A stretch of 64,000 bases of DNA. Origin: Nitrosopumilus sp. GTDB lineage: Archaea > Thermoproteota > Nitrososphaeria > Nitrososphaerales > Nitrosopumilaceae. The position numbers and the translations under genes were made by a program. This document shows positions 10,563 to 21,247 of this stretch, piece after piece. The stretch is from positions 1,495,849-1,559,848 of the forward strand of contig CBDBLX010000002.1 in the NCBI GenBank assembly GCA_965207445.1. The letters run 5' to 3'. The first letter of the stretch is position 1; each line of letters opens with the position of its first letter. The notes under the pieces were generated by a model. That model was not told where the DNA came from, did not search any database, and saw only the letters and a list, made by a program, of their open reading frames with translations.

Positions 10563-10621
10563 TGTCTTACAAAACTTTGTTTATAACGTGTATTACACTG
10601 TCTTACATTTTTTGTCTTACA
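10553..10621. promoter_or_regulatory. Five TGT(C/A)(T/A)TACA 9-mers, putative RHH operator array
   Basis: Copies at 10553, 10563, 10589, 10599 and 10613, overlapping the RHH start codon and flanking ttataa at 10581. Confidence 0.5.
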
Positions 10622-12110
10622 GTAGACCTTATACACAATCAATATATTATAAGAACAAATAAAAATCAAAGTAAATTTCAATAAAAAATCATATTTCTAT
10701 ATGATTTATTATAGATGGAAAATAATAATAAAAGCATGCCCGGGTAGAATGAATCTTTAATTACTGCTCAGAGATCAAACTTTAATTTTTTCTCTTTAGA
10801 ATCCCAAAGTATACGGTGGTTAACTAATCCGATATAATCTGCAAGTCACGGTCAAGACAATCATCAGATCTGATGTATATATTTCGCAGCACTGAAAAAT
10901 GTTTTAGTTTTCCTATTACATGCTCTACTTTGATTCGAATTTTACTGATGAATTTGTTGTATTTTCTCTCATCTTCTGCTAACTCTTCTTTTGATTGTTC
11001 TTTTTTCTTTCGAGGTTTTTTTATTGGCTGCATTAAAATTATTCAAGGATAAAAGTCATCAATACCCACATGTCCAAGATCCGACCAACTTTTGGGCTTG
11101 TCTTCATCTGCAGTCTGTGTTGATTTCATACGCTCAGATATAACACCCAAATCAGGATCATCTAAACGAAGCATAGCCATGTCATGTTTCTTGCCATTGT
11201 GGATATATCCTGCATAGATTATTAATCCATGTTTGTTTATAACGATCGTCGATTTTACAGTATGTCGTTTTTTCTTTCTTTCCAGAATAGTATTCTTTTT
11301 GTACGTCATTGTCGTGTGGACGTTTCATTGTAAACTCGGCGCTATCAATCATATGTTCATTATCAGGCATAAATTGATCAAGTGTGGTTGCATCTGCGTC
11401 TTTGATCTTTTGCTGTATAACATTGGCAGTAGGTAGTGCTTTGACAAGTATACAATCGATGTATTCGATTGCCCTTGAGATGGTACTTTGGTTTATGCCA
11501 AGCCACATCTCAAAGTCTACCTGTCTTGTGGCAGACTTTTTCGATAAAATTGACATGTGTATAGTCTGATTTCGTGACAGTTTGCATCTGTTGCCATGTC
11601 GAGGACTGCCATCTTTATAGTACAATGTCATCTTTACAAGATGACTTGGAAACTTTGAGACATACATCATTGAATCTTTCTTTTGACATTGAGATGGTAC
11701 ATCTTAATTAGACGCCCACCATTTATCATAGTCTCGATGTTGTGTTGAGCATGCATGAATTGTAAGTTCCCGCCACGTTTGAGAACATCAGAATTCCACA
11801 TAGATTCAAGTTCATTTATCGTTTTGGTGGCTTTTTCTATTGTCTTGTCTTTTTTCTGAATTGTGTCGTCTTTTACTTGTAACTGTATTTTTGTTTTTTA
11901 AAATTTTTTTCTTAAATCTCTTATAATTTGCTCTTGTTGTGCTGTCAAGTGTGTGACCTAAATGCGACCATATATTAAATGTTTGGATAAATTTTTATAA
12001 ATGATTATAAATAATTTTAAAACTAACTGATCAAAAATATTTAATATAATCTTTTAAACATAAAAAATAATACGTACTGATAAAATATTGATTATGGATA
12101 AAGTCTACTG
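10620..12110 (-). mobile_element. Decayed IS5-like (DDE_Tnp_4 type) element with a frameshifted transposase
   Basis: Imperfect 26-bp TIRs (cagtagaccttatacacaatcaatat / atattgattatggataaagtctactg). Fragments GINQSTISR, IDSAE, YYSGKK, HDM, DLGHVG, RIKVEHVIGKLK across three frames. Confidence 0.8.
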
Positions 12111-12205
12111 ATATTAAATATGATCAAACAACGAAATAAATACGCATTGTTGATGCAATAGGATTAGTTTTTATCATTTTTATAAAGAGTCAAATTACGT
12201 CATAT

Positions 12206-13069
12206 GTGAAAGAACAGACGCGACTTTTTCCTCAACCAAAACCATTTGTGAAATGGGCAGGAGGCAAGCGTCAACTATTACCAGTGTTATGCGATAACAT
12301 GCCTAAAATGTTTAACAAGTACTATGAGCCATTTTTAGGTGGTGGTGCGCTTTTTTTTAATATTGTAGGCAAGGGTCAACACTCTTACCATATATCTGAT
12401 CTTAATTGCAATATTGTGTTGGCATATACGACAATTCGAGATCATGCAGAAGAACTGATAGATGCTTTGATTACTCATAGCAAAGAATACAATGTGGACT
12501 CAAAATCATATTATTACCATGTACGAGATGATTATGATGATACAAATGCAGATGCAATTGAGACTGTCTCGAGGTTGATATTTTTAAACAAGACCTGTTT
12601 TAATGGGTTGTATCGTGTGAATAGTAGTGGCAAGTTTAATGTTCCAATTGGCAGATATGTGAATCCGACCATTGCAGACGCTCAAAATATACGCGCAGTC
12701 AGTGATGTGTTAAATCAGCATGACGTGCACATCAAATGTCAAGACTTTGGCCATATTATCAAGTATGCACAAAAAGGTGACTTTATCTACTTTGATCCGC
12801 CGTATCTGCCTGTCAGCAAAACTGCTAGTTTTACAATGTATACTGGAGTTGACTTTGATATTGATGATCAAAAAAAAATGGCAGAGTTGTGTGCGGCGTT
12901 GGATGAAAAGGACTGCCATGTGTTGGTATCAAATTCTGACTCTGATGTAATATCCGATATGTTTACTACACGTAATTGGACAATTGAGCATGTGGATGCA
13001 GTTCGCTGTATAAATTCTAATTCACGTAAACGGCATGGCCACCGCGAGTTGTTAATTAAAAATTATTAG
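12206..13069 (+). CDS. dam: Dam-family (D12 class) N6-adenine DNA methyltransferase, orphan
   Basis: KWAGGKRQL, EPFLGGGA, FNGLYRVN..G.FNVPIG, DPPY. Confidence 0.9.
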   Translation: MKEQTRLFPQPKPFVKWAGGKRQLLPVLCDNMPKMFNKYYEPFLGGGALFFNIVGKGQHSYHISDLNCNIVLAYTTIRDHAEELIDALITHSKEYNVDSKSYYYHVRDDYDDTNADAIETVSRLIFLNKTCFNGLYRVNSSGKFNVPIGRYVNPTIADAQNIRAVSDVLNQHDVHIKCQDFGHIIKYAQKGDFIYFDPPYLPVSKTASFTMYTGVDFDIDDQKKMAELCAALDEKDCHVLVSNSDSDVISDMFTTRNWTIEHVDAVRCINSNSRKRHGHRELLIKNY

Positions 13070-13384
13070 GCTTTAAATGGAATCTAAATATGAATTTTCT
13101 TGTAAACGCAGTTAATGTAAAGTTTATGATGTAAGTGTACATGTTAAAACCTTGAGTCCACTAGAATCTTGCCACATATTATGCTAAAAGATATACTTTA
13201 AGTTTTTTTAGATTTTCAAGAATCGGTTTTAAAATGTATATGAAGCTAGTATCACTTTACATCACGTGTGACACGTAATCCTAACCCGTGGTATTAGTTG
13301 AACACTTGTCAGTGACAGTTTGTCTGCATTTATTGATGCTGCCGGAAGTATATTTTAGAGAAATAAATGTAACCCATCATCACA

Positions 13385-13462
13385 GTACAGTTTAACCCTC
13401 ACGCCTGAGCCGGATTAGTCAATAAACTTGCATCTAAATTTGAGGGAGAGAATTAAACTTAC
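13385..13462. mobile_element. Degenerate copy of the about 80-bp GTAAC-ended MITE
   Basis: gtacagtttaaccctc...gattagtc...ctaaatttgagggagag...aaacttac resembles 19773-19851. Confidence 0.5.
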
Positions 13463-13522
13463 TAGCAATGCGTACTAGCAATACTTTGCAAGCTATAAAT
13501 TCTTGTAATTAAAAATACATAC

Positions 13523-13936
13523 ATGTTACTACCGGCTGAAATAGAGTCAAAAACTCTAATACCAGCGCTACGCGCAATTATTGCAAAGAAACTTGCAGTT
13601 GATTACAATATACGCGAAGATGTCATATCAAAGATGCTCGGAGTCACACAAGCGGCTATTAGCAACTACATACGAGGTGCACGTGGTGACCCTGTTCTGA
13701 TCGGCAAACTACTCTCACAAGAAAAGGTATCAGATATGATAGATGAGTTGTGTTATAATTTATCATCTGATATGGCATACACACCATCGAGTCTCTCAAA
13801 ATTTATCGGATTGTGTAACTATATCAAATCAAGTCTTTTGATATGTGAGATTCATCACAATATTGAAACTAACATTGATGAAGAAATATGCAAAGAGTGC
13901 GAGAATATGTTGTTAAAGGGACCAGGCGGGTTTTAA
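13523..13936 (+). CDS. Archaeal HTH transcriptional regulator
   Basis: LPAEIESKTLIPALRA, ISKMLGVTQAAISNY (HTH), C-terminal CxxH...CxxC. Confidence 0.8.
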   Translation: MLLPAEIESKTLIPALRAIIAKKLAVDYNIREDVISKMLGVTQAAISNYIRGARGDPVLIGKLLSQEKVSDMIDELCYNLSSDMAYTPSSLSKFIGLCNYIKSSLLICEIHHNIETNIDEEICKECENMLLKGPGGF

Positions 13937-13966
13937 CCACAACATCAATTACATTTATTTTTTCAG

Positions 13967-14329
13967 TCACTTTTTTTCCAATTGTATCTCTACTGTAGAT
14001 ATCATACGACCTATACCAGGTTCATCAGTAGTATCAAGCAGTATCTTTCGTACTCGAGATTCATTCTTCATTATCTCATAGGTGACCATATTTGCAACCG
14101 TAACTGCAATAGGTATATTTCTGCCTTTGGAGCGAAGCGTCACAGTACCAGTCTTTGATAGTGCAGAGATTGCATCCATTGCATAAGTATCAACACGATT
14201 ATGTTCAATATAGATTACAAAGGTATCCTGTACAGTAGTTGCGGCATTGTTCTCAACCATAATATCATCAGAATACGGTTCTTGTTCGTATATTTTATTC
14301 ATTTGTAATATTTCGAACACTATTAGCAA
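13967..14329 (-). CDS. Alba-like nucleic-acid-binding protein
   Basis: VTLRSKGRNIPIAVTVA...ISTVEIQLEK Alba-like pattern. True start probably downstream. Confidence 0.7.
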   Translation of the reverse strand: MLIVFEILQMNKIYEQEPYSDDIMVENNAATTVQDTFVIYIEHNRVDTYAMDAISALSKTGTVTLRSKGRNIPIAVTVANMVTYEIMKNESRVRKILLDTTDEPGIGRMISTVEIQLEKK

Positions 14330-14647
14330 TTGTATTAAGTTTTACCTGTTTTGATATAATTTTAGAAAATAATAAAATATACTAGTACCACAGAATGATT
14401 ATTATTTTTTCCTTTCAAAAACAAGAGATTCTGAGAGAGGCACTAATTTATTATACCAATTGCAAAAAAAAAAGATGATTTGCAGTGAGGTGTGTCCATC
14501 TCCAAAAGTCACATCTAATGATGGATAATTAATCACTAGAGGCAAATAGTCTTTGAGGGTTTTACAACAAATACTCAATAATCATCCACAACATGAACAA
14601 AGTGAAATACGGTCAATAAACCACTAAAAGAGAGAGAGGTGACTAGG

Positions 14648-15229
14648 TTATTTTTCAAAATAACTGATTGGTATATTTTGATAGTCACCGTTTGGGAGGA
14701 CACGGCGTATGGTAATTGGGATTGCACGTTGGTTGAGTTCCTCCATTGAGATATCAAGTGATATTCTAGCTGATTTTGGTATAGGTATGAAGGGAGGTGC
14801 GCCTTGCGATAATTGTAGTGCACGAGCGCCCATAATTCGTGCCTTTTCAAATCTTGTCAAAGTCGGTGGTCCTACTATATCTTTTTGACCCTCACAAGGC
14901 ATCTCAGTAGGTGTATGCTTGACAACATTTTCTACAACATCACGATTCTTTATAGCATCAAGTTGCGCCTCTAGCCGTTCCTTTTCCTCATCAGTGAGTT
15001 GTACATCACTACTTTTCTTTTCTACAAGTTTACGGTATGTATTGAGCGCCTTGTCAAGTCCAACATTTTCTTCATCTTCGCTAACAGTACGAGGGTTATC
15101 ATTATCAGGTGCAAATTCAGCGACAAATTCATCATCAAATGAATCAGATTTTACCTGATCACTATTATTTTCATTTTTAGTAGTGGGATTTTGAGAATTA
15201 TCTATCTCATTCTCTATAACATCTGACAA
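14648..15229 (-). CDS. rpo6: RNA polymerase subunit Rpo6 (K) with an acidic N-terminal extension
   Basis: LTRFEKARIMGARALQLSQGAP...IPITIRR. Confidence 0.92.
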   Translation of the reverse strand: MSDVIENEIDNSQNPTTKNENNSDQVKSDSFDDEFVAEFAPDNDNPRTVSEDEENVGLDKALNTYRKLVEKKSSDVQLTDEEKERLEAQLDAIKNRDVVENVVKHTPTEMPCEGQKDIVGPPTLTRFEKARIMGARALQLSQGAPPFIPIPKSARISLDISMEELNQRAIPITIRRVLPNGDYQNIPISYFEK

Positions 15230-15283
15230 TTAAAAACAAGCCCATTAAAACGTTATATATTCTATGCAATAGACATATTTGAG

Positions 15284-15676
15284 TTGAGTGAGACTGCATT
15301 GTCATCAGTATCACGAAAAAATCTCATACTAGAGATTGGATCAAAGGATAATCGTCTAGAGTGTGATTTACGTCGTCATTTATCACCACGAACAGTAGGT
15401 ATAATAATACGATCATTACCATTACAGGGAAATGCACATAAAATGAGTGAAAATATAGTATACATTGAAACGTCAATAGATTCAGGATTAGAACGAGCAC
15501 GAACAGAATTCAAAAAAGGAGATATTGCATTTTTGCCAGCAACAGAGAGTATATGCTTTTTTCTAGATGATGTAAATACTACAAAAAAGATGACACCAAT
15601 AGGACATCTAAGGGGTGATATGGATTTACTAAAATTAATAAAAACTGGCACAGTATTATCAATATTAGAAAATTGA
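15284..15676 (+). CDS. Cyclophilin-like fold protein
   Basis: SPRTVGIIIRSLPL...KKGDIAFLP...ICFF. Confidence 0.7.
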   Translation: MSETALSSVSRKNLILEIGSKDNRLECDLRRHLSPRTVGIIIRSLPLQGNAHKMSENIVYIETSIDSGLERARTEFKKGDIAFLPATESICFFLDDVNTTKKMTPIGHLRGDMDLLKLIKTGTVLSILEN

Positions 15677-15735
15677 TGTTGTAAAAATGATTTGGATGTG
15701 TGTTTGTAGAGTAAGCATACTTGTAAACAAAATTA

Positions 15736-17895
15736 GTAACGTGTCACCTCCCCCCACCGCATCGTGCCTAAATAAGTTCATACTAACACGAATATCATCT
15801 TAGTGAACATATATATTATCTGCGGAAAAACACATCTCACAGGAAATGTACCCGTCTACAACACTGTACGCGCATTATGATGTAACGTAATTTGAGATAT
15901 TACTAGTACTCTAAACAAGTGACAAACGTAAAGTTAACGTGGTTGGGCATTTACGTTTTCATTGTGGTGCATATACAGGGGGCATTTTATGGACATGTGG
16001 ATAAAGCCAACCTTGTGAGGTTTACATCGTGGTGCAATGACAACAAGTATAGTAGAAACTGCAACATGCGGATAAAACCAAACCTGTTAGGTTCTCATGT
16101 ATTATCGATTCATGCTGAAAAGAGTCGCAACAATTCTATATTTGGATCTTTGTCTTGAGCTTTCCATGTCATCAGAACACTTGCAATGACACAGTATCTT
16201 TTGGCCCCCTCCATCCCCCAAAACCAAAAACTCGAATTCCGTTTGAGTACAAATGGACGTATTCCTCGCTCTGCTATGTTATTTGTAAGTGACATCTCGG
16301 GGTATTGTACTGCAGTAAACAAGTGATCGGAGCAGTTGAATAAATATCTGCCAGATTTAGCTCCACGGTCTAGTAATTGTTCACCGATAGTTTTCACAAG
16401 TTTGATGAGTTTGTTTATTTTAGTTGTGGGTGTGTCTGGTGGCAGTGTTTTTGTGTAGTGGTATATGGCCATAACTATTCCATACAGGTATGTTGCAGTC
16501 GAATCCTTTAGCTTTACAGTGTTGTTTTTAATCTTGGTCTTTACATGCGCCCAGCATAATTGATACGTATCAAAGCAATTGTATGATGGTGCTGCATCAC
16601 GTGTCACTTTCAAGTGGGGATACGGATTGGCTTGTTTTACATCATCCATTGAGCGGGATGATAGGGCTTGATATTGAATCCATATTTTGTCACCGATTGT
16701 AATTCCTAGCCTGCCACTCTTTTTGCCAATCTTTACTGGTGTGTCATCAATATTTCCTGCTGCACTATTTCCGATCTCTTTGCCTATACGCTCGTACTCA
16801 GAAGTAAGCTTTGCAGCTGCTGCCTTTAGTCCTTTTCGTAAAGTATCATGAGCAAATCTTTTGTGATAGTGTATCTCGACATCATCAGCAAGTTGGTTCA
16901 TTGTGTGGACATTAAGTGATGCGCGCGTGAGTTTAACAAGAAAGTGTTGTCCAAATGAAGTATCGGGTATTATAGAATCGTGCATACAGTTTATGCTACC
17001 ACAATTCTCACACCAATATACGCGTGTGTGACACCATATCTCCTCTAGTTCATTATGATCGTCGAGTTCATGTAATGTCTTGTATTCTTCATAAGCTTGC
17101 TCTATTTCACAATCACATTCAGGGCATGTGTCTAGTTCAATATCAAATGTTTTGCCTGGATTAAATGGTCTAAATGATGGATCATGTTTTAAAGGCGGTC
17201 CCAGTTTGGCAGGTGGCTTGTCTTGTGCTGCTTTTTCTGCACGGTCTTGTTTCTCTTTTTGTATCTGTTTTTGTGTCACTGTTTTGTGAGATGTAGGCGT
17301 GGCGCCATCGTCATTTGCAGCATCTCTGCGCTCTAAATCTGCATTGTGTCGCTTGTATTCTTCTAGTTGTGCTAATAGTTCTTGATATTTGTCTGTAATA
17401 ATTTTGCATTCATTTCTCATCATGTCTCCATACTGTGCGGTAGATTTTGCCAAATCTTCAAGTATCAGCTCACGTGATGTATGCCTGCCAGTCTGCGCCA
17501 TAAATGCCAATTTCTGATTTAGTAGTATGATGTCAAGTTCCCTTCCACCTAATCTATCAAGCAACTCCATACACTTTTCCTTCCACATGTTTTTCTCTTT
17601 TCGGTCCTCTTTCATGGCCTTTCGTAAACTAGCATTTTCATTCAAAACTTGGGACATTGCCTCGTCATAGCTGATCGAATCTACATCGACTTTGTTAAAT
17701 AATTCATCTGTAACTATCTTTTGTTGCTGCATACATTTACTCATTTTTTCTCTATATGAGTAAATGGCAGTATACGTATTTAACTACCCGCATACTTTTT
17801 TTGCATTATCTTACAATTTCAGTGATTTGTGATGGTGGTGGTGTGCGTCCATGCCTAGTCCACGTGGTATAAAGAGGGGGGAGGTGACACGTTAC
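15736..17895 (-). mobile_element. Intact single-ORF IS66-family element
   Basis: Perfect 20-bp TIRs gtaacgtgtcacctcccccc; 8-bp TSD caaaatta at 15728-15735 and 17896-17903. Confidence 0.92.
16110..17744 (-). CDS. IS66-family transposase
   Basis: N-terminal coiled coil, CPEC...CENC zinc finger, IDDTP, QLCWAH, TNNIAERGIRPFVLKR. Confidence 0.9.
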   Translation of the reverse strand: MSKCMQQQKIVTDELFNKVDVDSISYDEAMSQVLNENASLRKAMKEDRKEKNMWKEKCMELLDRLGGRELDIILLNQKLAFMAQTGRHTSRELILEDLAKSTAQYGDMMRNECKIITDKYQELLAQLEEYKRHNADLERRDAANDDGATPTSHKTVTQKQIQKEKQDRAEKAAQDKPPAKLGPPLKHDPSFRPFNPGKTFDIELDTCPECDCEIEQAYEEYKTLHELDDHNELEEIWCHTRVYWCENCGSINCMHDSIIPDTSFGQHFLVKLTRASLNVHTMNQLADDVEIHYHKRFAHDTLRKGLKAAAAKLTSEYERIGKEIGNSAAGNIDDTPVKIGKKSGRLGITIGDKIWIQYQALSSRSMDDVKQANPYPHLKVTRDAAPSYNCFDTYQLCWAHVKTKIKNNTVKLKDSTATYLYGIVMAIYHYTKTLPPDTPTTKINKLIKLVKTIGEQLLDRGAKSGRYLFNCSDHLFTAVQYPEMSLTNNIAERGIRPFVLKRNSSFWFWGMEGAKRYCVIASVLMTWKAQDKDPNIELLRLFSA

Positions 17896-17949
17896 CAAAA
17901 TTAAACAAAGACTAAAAATTACATAGATTAAAAGTAGAAAAATAAAGTA

Positions 17950-18672
17950 CTAGATAGAAGAATTATCAGAATTTTGAGTAGAACTTTCAGGTGATGTTTG
18001 TGATTCAGAGTCATTTACAGAGGGTGTAGATGTTGTGATAGTGTCTTGAGTAGTATCTGTTGTGGTATTAGGGGTATTGTCTTGAGTAGTATCTGTTGTG
18101 GTATTAGGGGTATTGTCTTGAGTAGTATCTGTTGTGGTATTAGGGGTATTGTCTTGAGTAGTGTCTTGAGTAGTGTCTGTTGTGGTATTAGGGGTATTGT
18201 CTTGAGTAGTATCTGTTGTGGTATTAGGGGTATTGTCTTGAGTAGTATTATCTGTCTTTACAGCATCATTACCTTTGGAATCACTTTTTTGTTCGACTGA
18301 TGTTGTTTTTTTGCGTTTTGACTTTAAATCAGATTCACGTTTTTCTTTCTCTGCTTTGGCAAGTTCGGCATCTTGATACAGATAGTGACCAGAGTATCCA
18401 CCAATTACACTTACAGTGCCCTCTGATAATGCATTTTTGAGAAACTTGTTGGTAGCGGAGATCTTTACTCCAAGATGTCTTGCAAGATCTTGTGCAGTGA
18501 TTACCTTTGAATTTTTTACTATTTTGAGTGCTTGCTCACCATTAACTTTGACTACAATCTCTGCTTTTTTTGGACCAGACTCTTGTCCAGCATCTTTTTT
18601 GCCTTTTTTAGAGACCTTGGCAGAAGAAGATTTGTCTTTACTTGCAGCCGTAGGTTTTTTTGCGCCACCCAT
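17950..18672 (-). CDS. rps25e: 30S ribosomal protein S25e with a long Thr/Asp-rich repeat tail
   Basis: MGGAKKPT...KVITAQDLARHLGVKISA...GHYLY. Start reassigned to ATG 18672. Confidence 0.8.
   Translation of the reverse strand: MGGAKKPTAASKDKSSSAKVSKKGKKDAGQESGPKKAEIVVKVNGEQALKIVKNSKVITAQDLARHLGVKISATNKFLKNALSEGTVSVIGGYSGHYLYQDAELAKAEKEKRESDLKSKRKKTTSVEQKSDSKGNDAVKTDNTTQDNTPNTTTDTTQDNTPNTTTDTTQDTTQDNTPNTTTDTTQDNTPNTTTDTTQDNTPNTTTDTTQDTITTSTPSVNDSESQTSPESSTQNSDNSSI
18042..18247. repeat. 36-bp tandem repeat (five copies plus 12-bp sub-units) inside rps25e
   Basis: gtcttgagtagtatctgttgtggtattaggggtatt encodes TTQDNTPNTTTD on the minus strand. Confidence 0.9.
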
Positions 18673-19064
18673 ATACATAATCAAATATGCTCTATTTATA
18701 AACCAACAGTGATTAACTAAATCAGTCATTTTTAAAAAAAAGTATTGCATAGCATCATGATGTTAATTGTAATTTACACCATTGCTCAATGCCTCGTGTT
18801 CTCACATCACATGAAACCAACTCATATACACCCAGAGACTAGTCATCCAAATGCTCAACAAGTACATTGATGTCCGATGGTAGTTTGCCGGATTATTTTG
18901 TTTTAGTATTATTATTATTAGGATCTGCAATAGACACAGTACAACTCGGAAATTCTTTGATAAATCACATCTCATGCCATCATGTAATGAGCATATCAAT
19001 TATCAACTCTAGGAGAATTTTACCTGTCCATTTTACACTACATACTAAACAAAAGAGATTGTAG

Positions 19065-19559
19065 AGAATCTCTGCTCGCAATCAAGATGGTTCACCCACA
19101 GGCGCTCAATTAAGATAAACGATTTGGAAAAGATAAGAGGTGAAAATCACCGACTATCGAAATAACGACCAACTAAACTGTGCCATAACTCATCATTACA
19201 TCCTGCTGAAGATGAGTTTTGAAGTCTCTTTGATATACAAGATCTTTGAGACCGTAAACTCGCAAATCTACCGGTTCATTGCGCCAGTACAACCGGCCCA
19301 ACAAAGCCCAAGGAGCCTCACCATAGATAGTTCATGCCTAAAATGCAAGCACAAGCTTAAAGTTCAAACAAACCTAGAAAAGAACGGGCCACTGAGAGCC
19401 GACTCTATAGCATATCCTGTCTTGACTGACTCAGTTGAATGCCCAGAGTGCAGAGAAATGATAAACTTTGTATCGTGGCGCCAAAAAAGATTCACAGATG
19501 GAAAAAATGGAGGTCAGATAGGACAGATGACACGTTCAAGGAGATATTTGAGCAGATGA
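19065..19559 (+). pseudogene. C-terminal remnant resembling an SDH/Clp-fold serine proteinase with a zinc-ribbon tail
   Basis: QSRWFTHRRSIKINDLEKI, frameshift, KITDY...IYKIFET.NSQIYRF...CLKC...CPEC. No N-terminal part seen. Confidence 0.45.
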
Positions 19560-19772
19560 AAAAAGGAGAGTCGGAGCAAGGGCACTGGTGACGGAATATG
19601 AGAGATGCACTCAAACAAAGTAACGAGATAATGGAACTAATCAATCTCATCGAAGAGGCAACACCTGCCAACGATCCTATTCTTTATTCTGGCTCTTGAT
19701 GCATGTCCATTTGTAATAGTTAGGTTTGCCACACCCCAGTATTCAATTACAGACACGACACTAATTTACAAT

Positions 19773-19851
19773 GTAACTGTTCAATCCTCGCACCTACACC
19801 AGATTAGACGATGAATCTATGCCTAAATTTGAAAAGGGGTCGAACGGTTAC
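19773..19851. mobile_element. About 80-bp GTAAC-ended MITE
   Basis: gtaactgttcaatcc...ggggtcgaacggttac terminal inverted repeats; multiple copies in the window. Confidence 0.8.
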
Positions 19852-19901
19852 TATTACGATCTCAAAAACATAAATAAATACGATACATTCTACTCATATA
19901 C

Positions 19902-20114
19902 ATGGGCATTGTATCAAAAGGTGCAAAATGCGACGTAGATGGCTGTGACAAGGATGGCGTTCGATCAATTAACACTCTCAAAGTTCAAAGTGCAGGATTA
20001 CGTGTCAGTAGTGCCGGAAAAAAAGCTATTCTATGTAAAGAATGCTACAAAGAATGGAAGAAAGAGTCAAAAGAAGACCGCGACCTTGAAAGGGCAAGAT
20101 ATGATCGATTTTAA
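19902..20114 (+). CDS. Small Cys-containing (zinc-finger-like) archaeal protein
   Basis: KCDVDGC...LCKECYKEWKK. Confidence 0.7.
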   Translation: MGIVSKGAKCDVDGCDKDGVRSINTLKVQSAGLRVSSAGKKAILCKECYKEWKKESKEDRDLERARYDRF

Positions 20115-20137
20115 TCATATATGACATATTTACAAAA

Positions 20138-21202
20138 TCACTCTAAATAGTCTGATCTCAGTTTTTCATACATTGTATTTAATTTATCATATAGTCTCTT
20201 TGGTTTTTTAGATTTTTGATTCGATATTACATAAAGTGCCAAAAGTGGAAACGCAATAGTCGTGTCTGCATATACCGTAACGACTCCACTATGAGCATCT
20301 TGTATCTTTCCCCAACTCTTACCTTCTTGCAATGTAGCCCCCGACAGTCCACCAGTATCAGGACGTGCATCAGTTATCTGTATTATGTAATCATGACCAC
20401 CATCATTTCTTCGTAAAATTTGATCTAGTAATGGTCCTGTCTGTTGTGCAGTATTCTTTGGCACACCTCCACCAAGCTCAATTATTCCGGATTTATCAGA
20501 ATCATACAAGATCGCTGCCTGCTCTAAAATCTCACGTGTAAAATCAAGATTGTACTTTTTACCCTGTAGTCGATATGCTGCTAAATTGAGTGCTAGTGAC
20601 GAGTCTTTTATTGTCGATATGTACAAGGGCACACCACACCTGTATGCAGATGCAACAAAACTCTTTTCAGGATATGTAGCATGCTCAAAACTCGCCTTGC
20701 CCATTGCATTGCAAAACTCTGCAGTGGTAAATGATCTTTCTGTAAATTTACTATCTGTTGCAAACATCTTTTGGATAATTTGATCTTCTGCCTCTAGTGT
20801 CTCGTAAAATTTAATGTAAATGTCACGTATTCGTACAATCTCATTTTCATACAATTGCGCATCATCGACATTAAAACTTCCTTGTTTTATTGGCAGTCCC
20901 CATGCAAAATGATCTTCATGATACACATTAGCACCAGTCGATATTATCCAATCCACAAAACCACGCTCAATGAGTGTCTTTACAATACCACCCAACCCCA
21001 CAGGTGTAAGTGCACCAGATATGGTCAAACATATGATCGCATCATTATCAATCATTGTATTGTATAATTTGGCAGATTCACCTAGTGCTCTTGCATTATA
21101 TCCAGACCCCGCATAAAGTTCAATTAGATCAGATATGCTCATATTAGAATCTATATTCATATGCGATATATCCTTGCCACAAAATTTATGAGGATCATGC
21201 AT
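20138..21202 (-). CDS. dys: Deoxyhypusine synthase (DHS/homospermidine synthase family)
   Basis: SGALTP.G, STGAN.YH, LGGGVPKN, GGLSGATLQEGKSWGK. Confidence 0.88.
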   Translation of the reverse strand: MHDPHKFCGKDISHMNIDSNMSISDLIELYAGSGYNARALGESAKLYNTMIDNDAIICLTISGALTPVGLGGIVKTLIERGFVDWIISTGANVYHEDHFAWGLPIKQGSFNVDDAQLYENEIVRIRDIYIKFYETLEAEDQIIQKMFATDSKFTERSFTTAEFCNAMGKASFEHATYPEKSFVASAYRCGVPLYISTIKDSSLALNLAAYRLQGKKYNLDFTREILEQAAILYDSDKSGIIELGGGVPKNTAQQTGPLLDQILRRNDGGHDYIIQITDARPDTGGLSGATLQEGKSWGKIQDAHSGVVTVYADTTIAFPLLALYVISNQKSKKPKRLYDKLNTMYEKLRSDYLE

Positions 21203-21247
21203 GGAATTGAGTTTACATATATGTAATTATCCCTTGCGAATTTTCAA

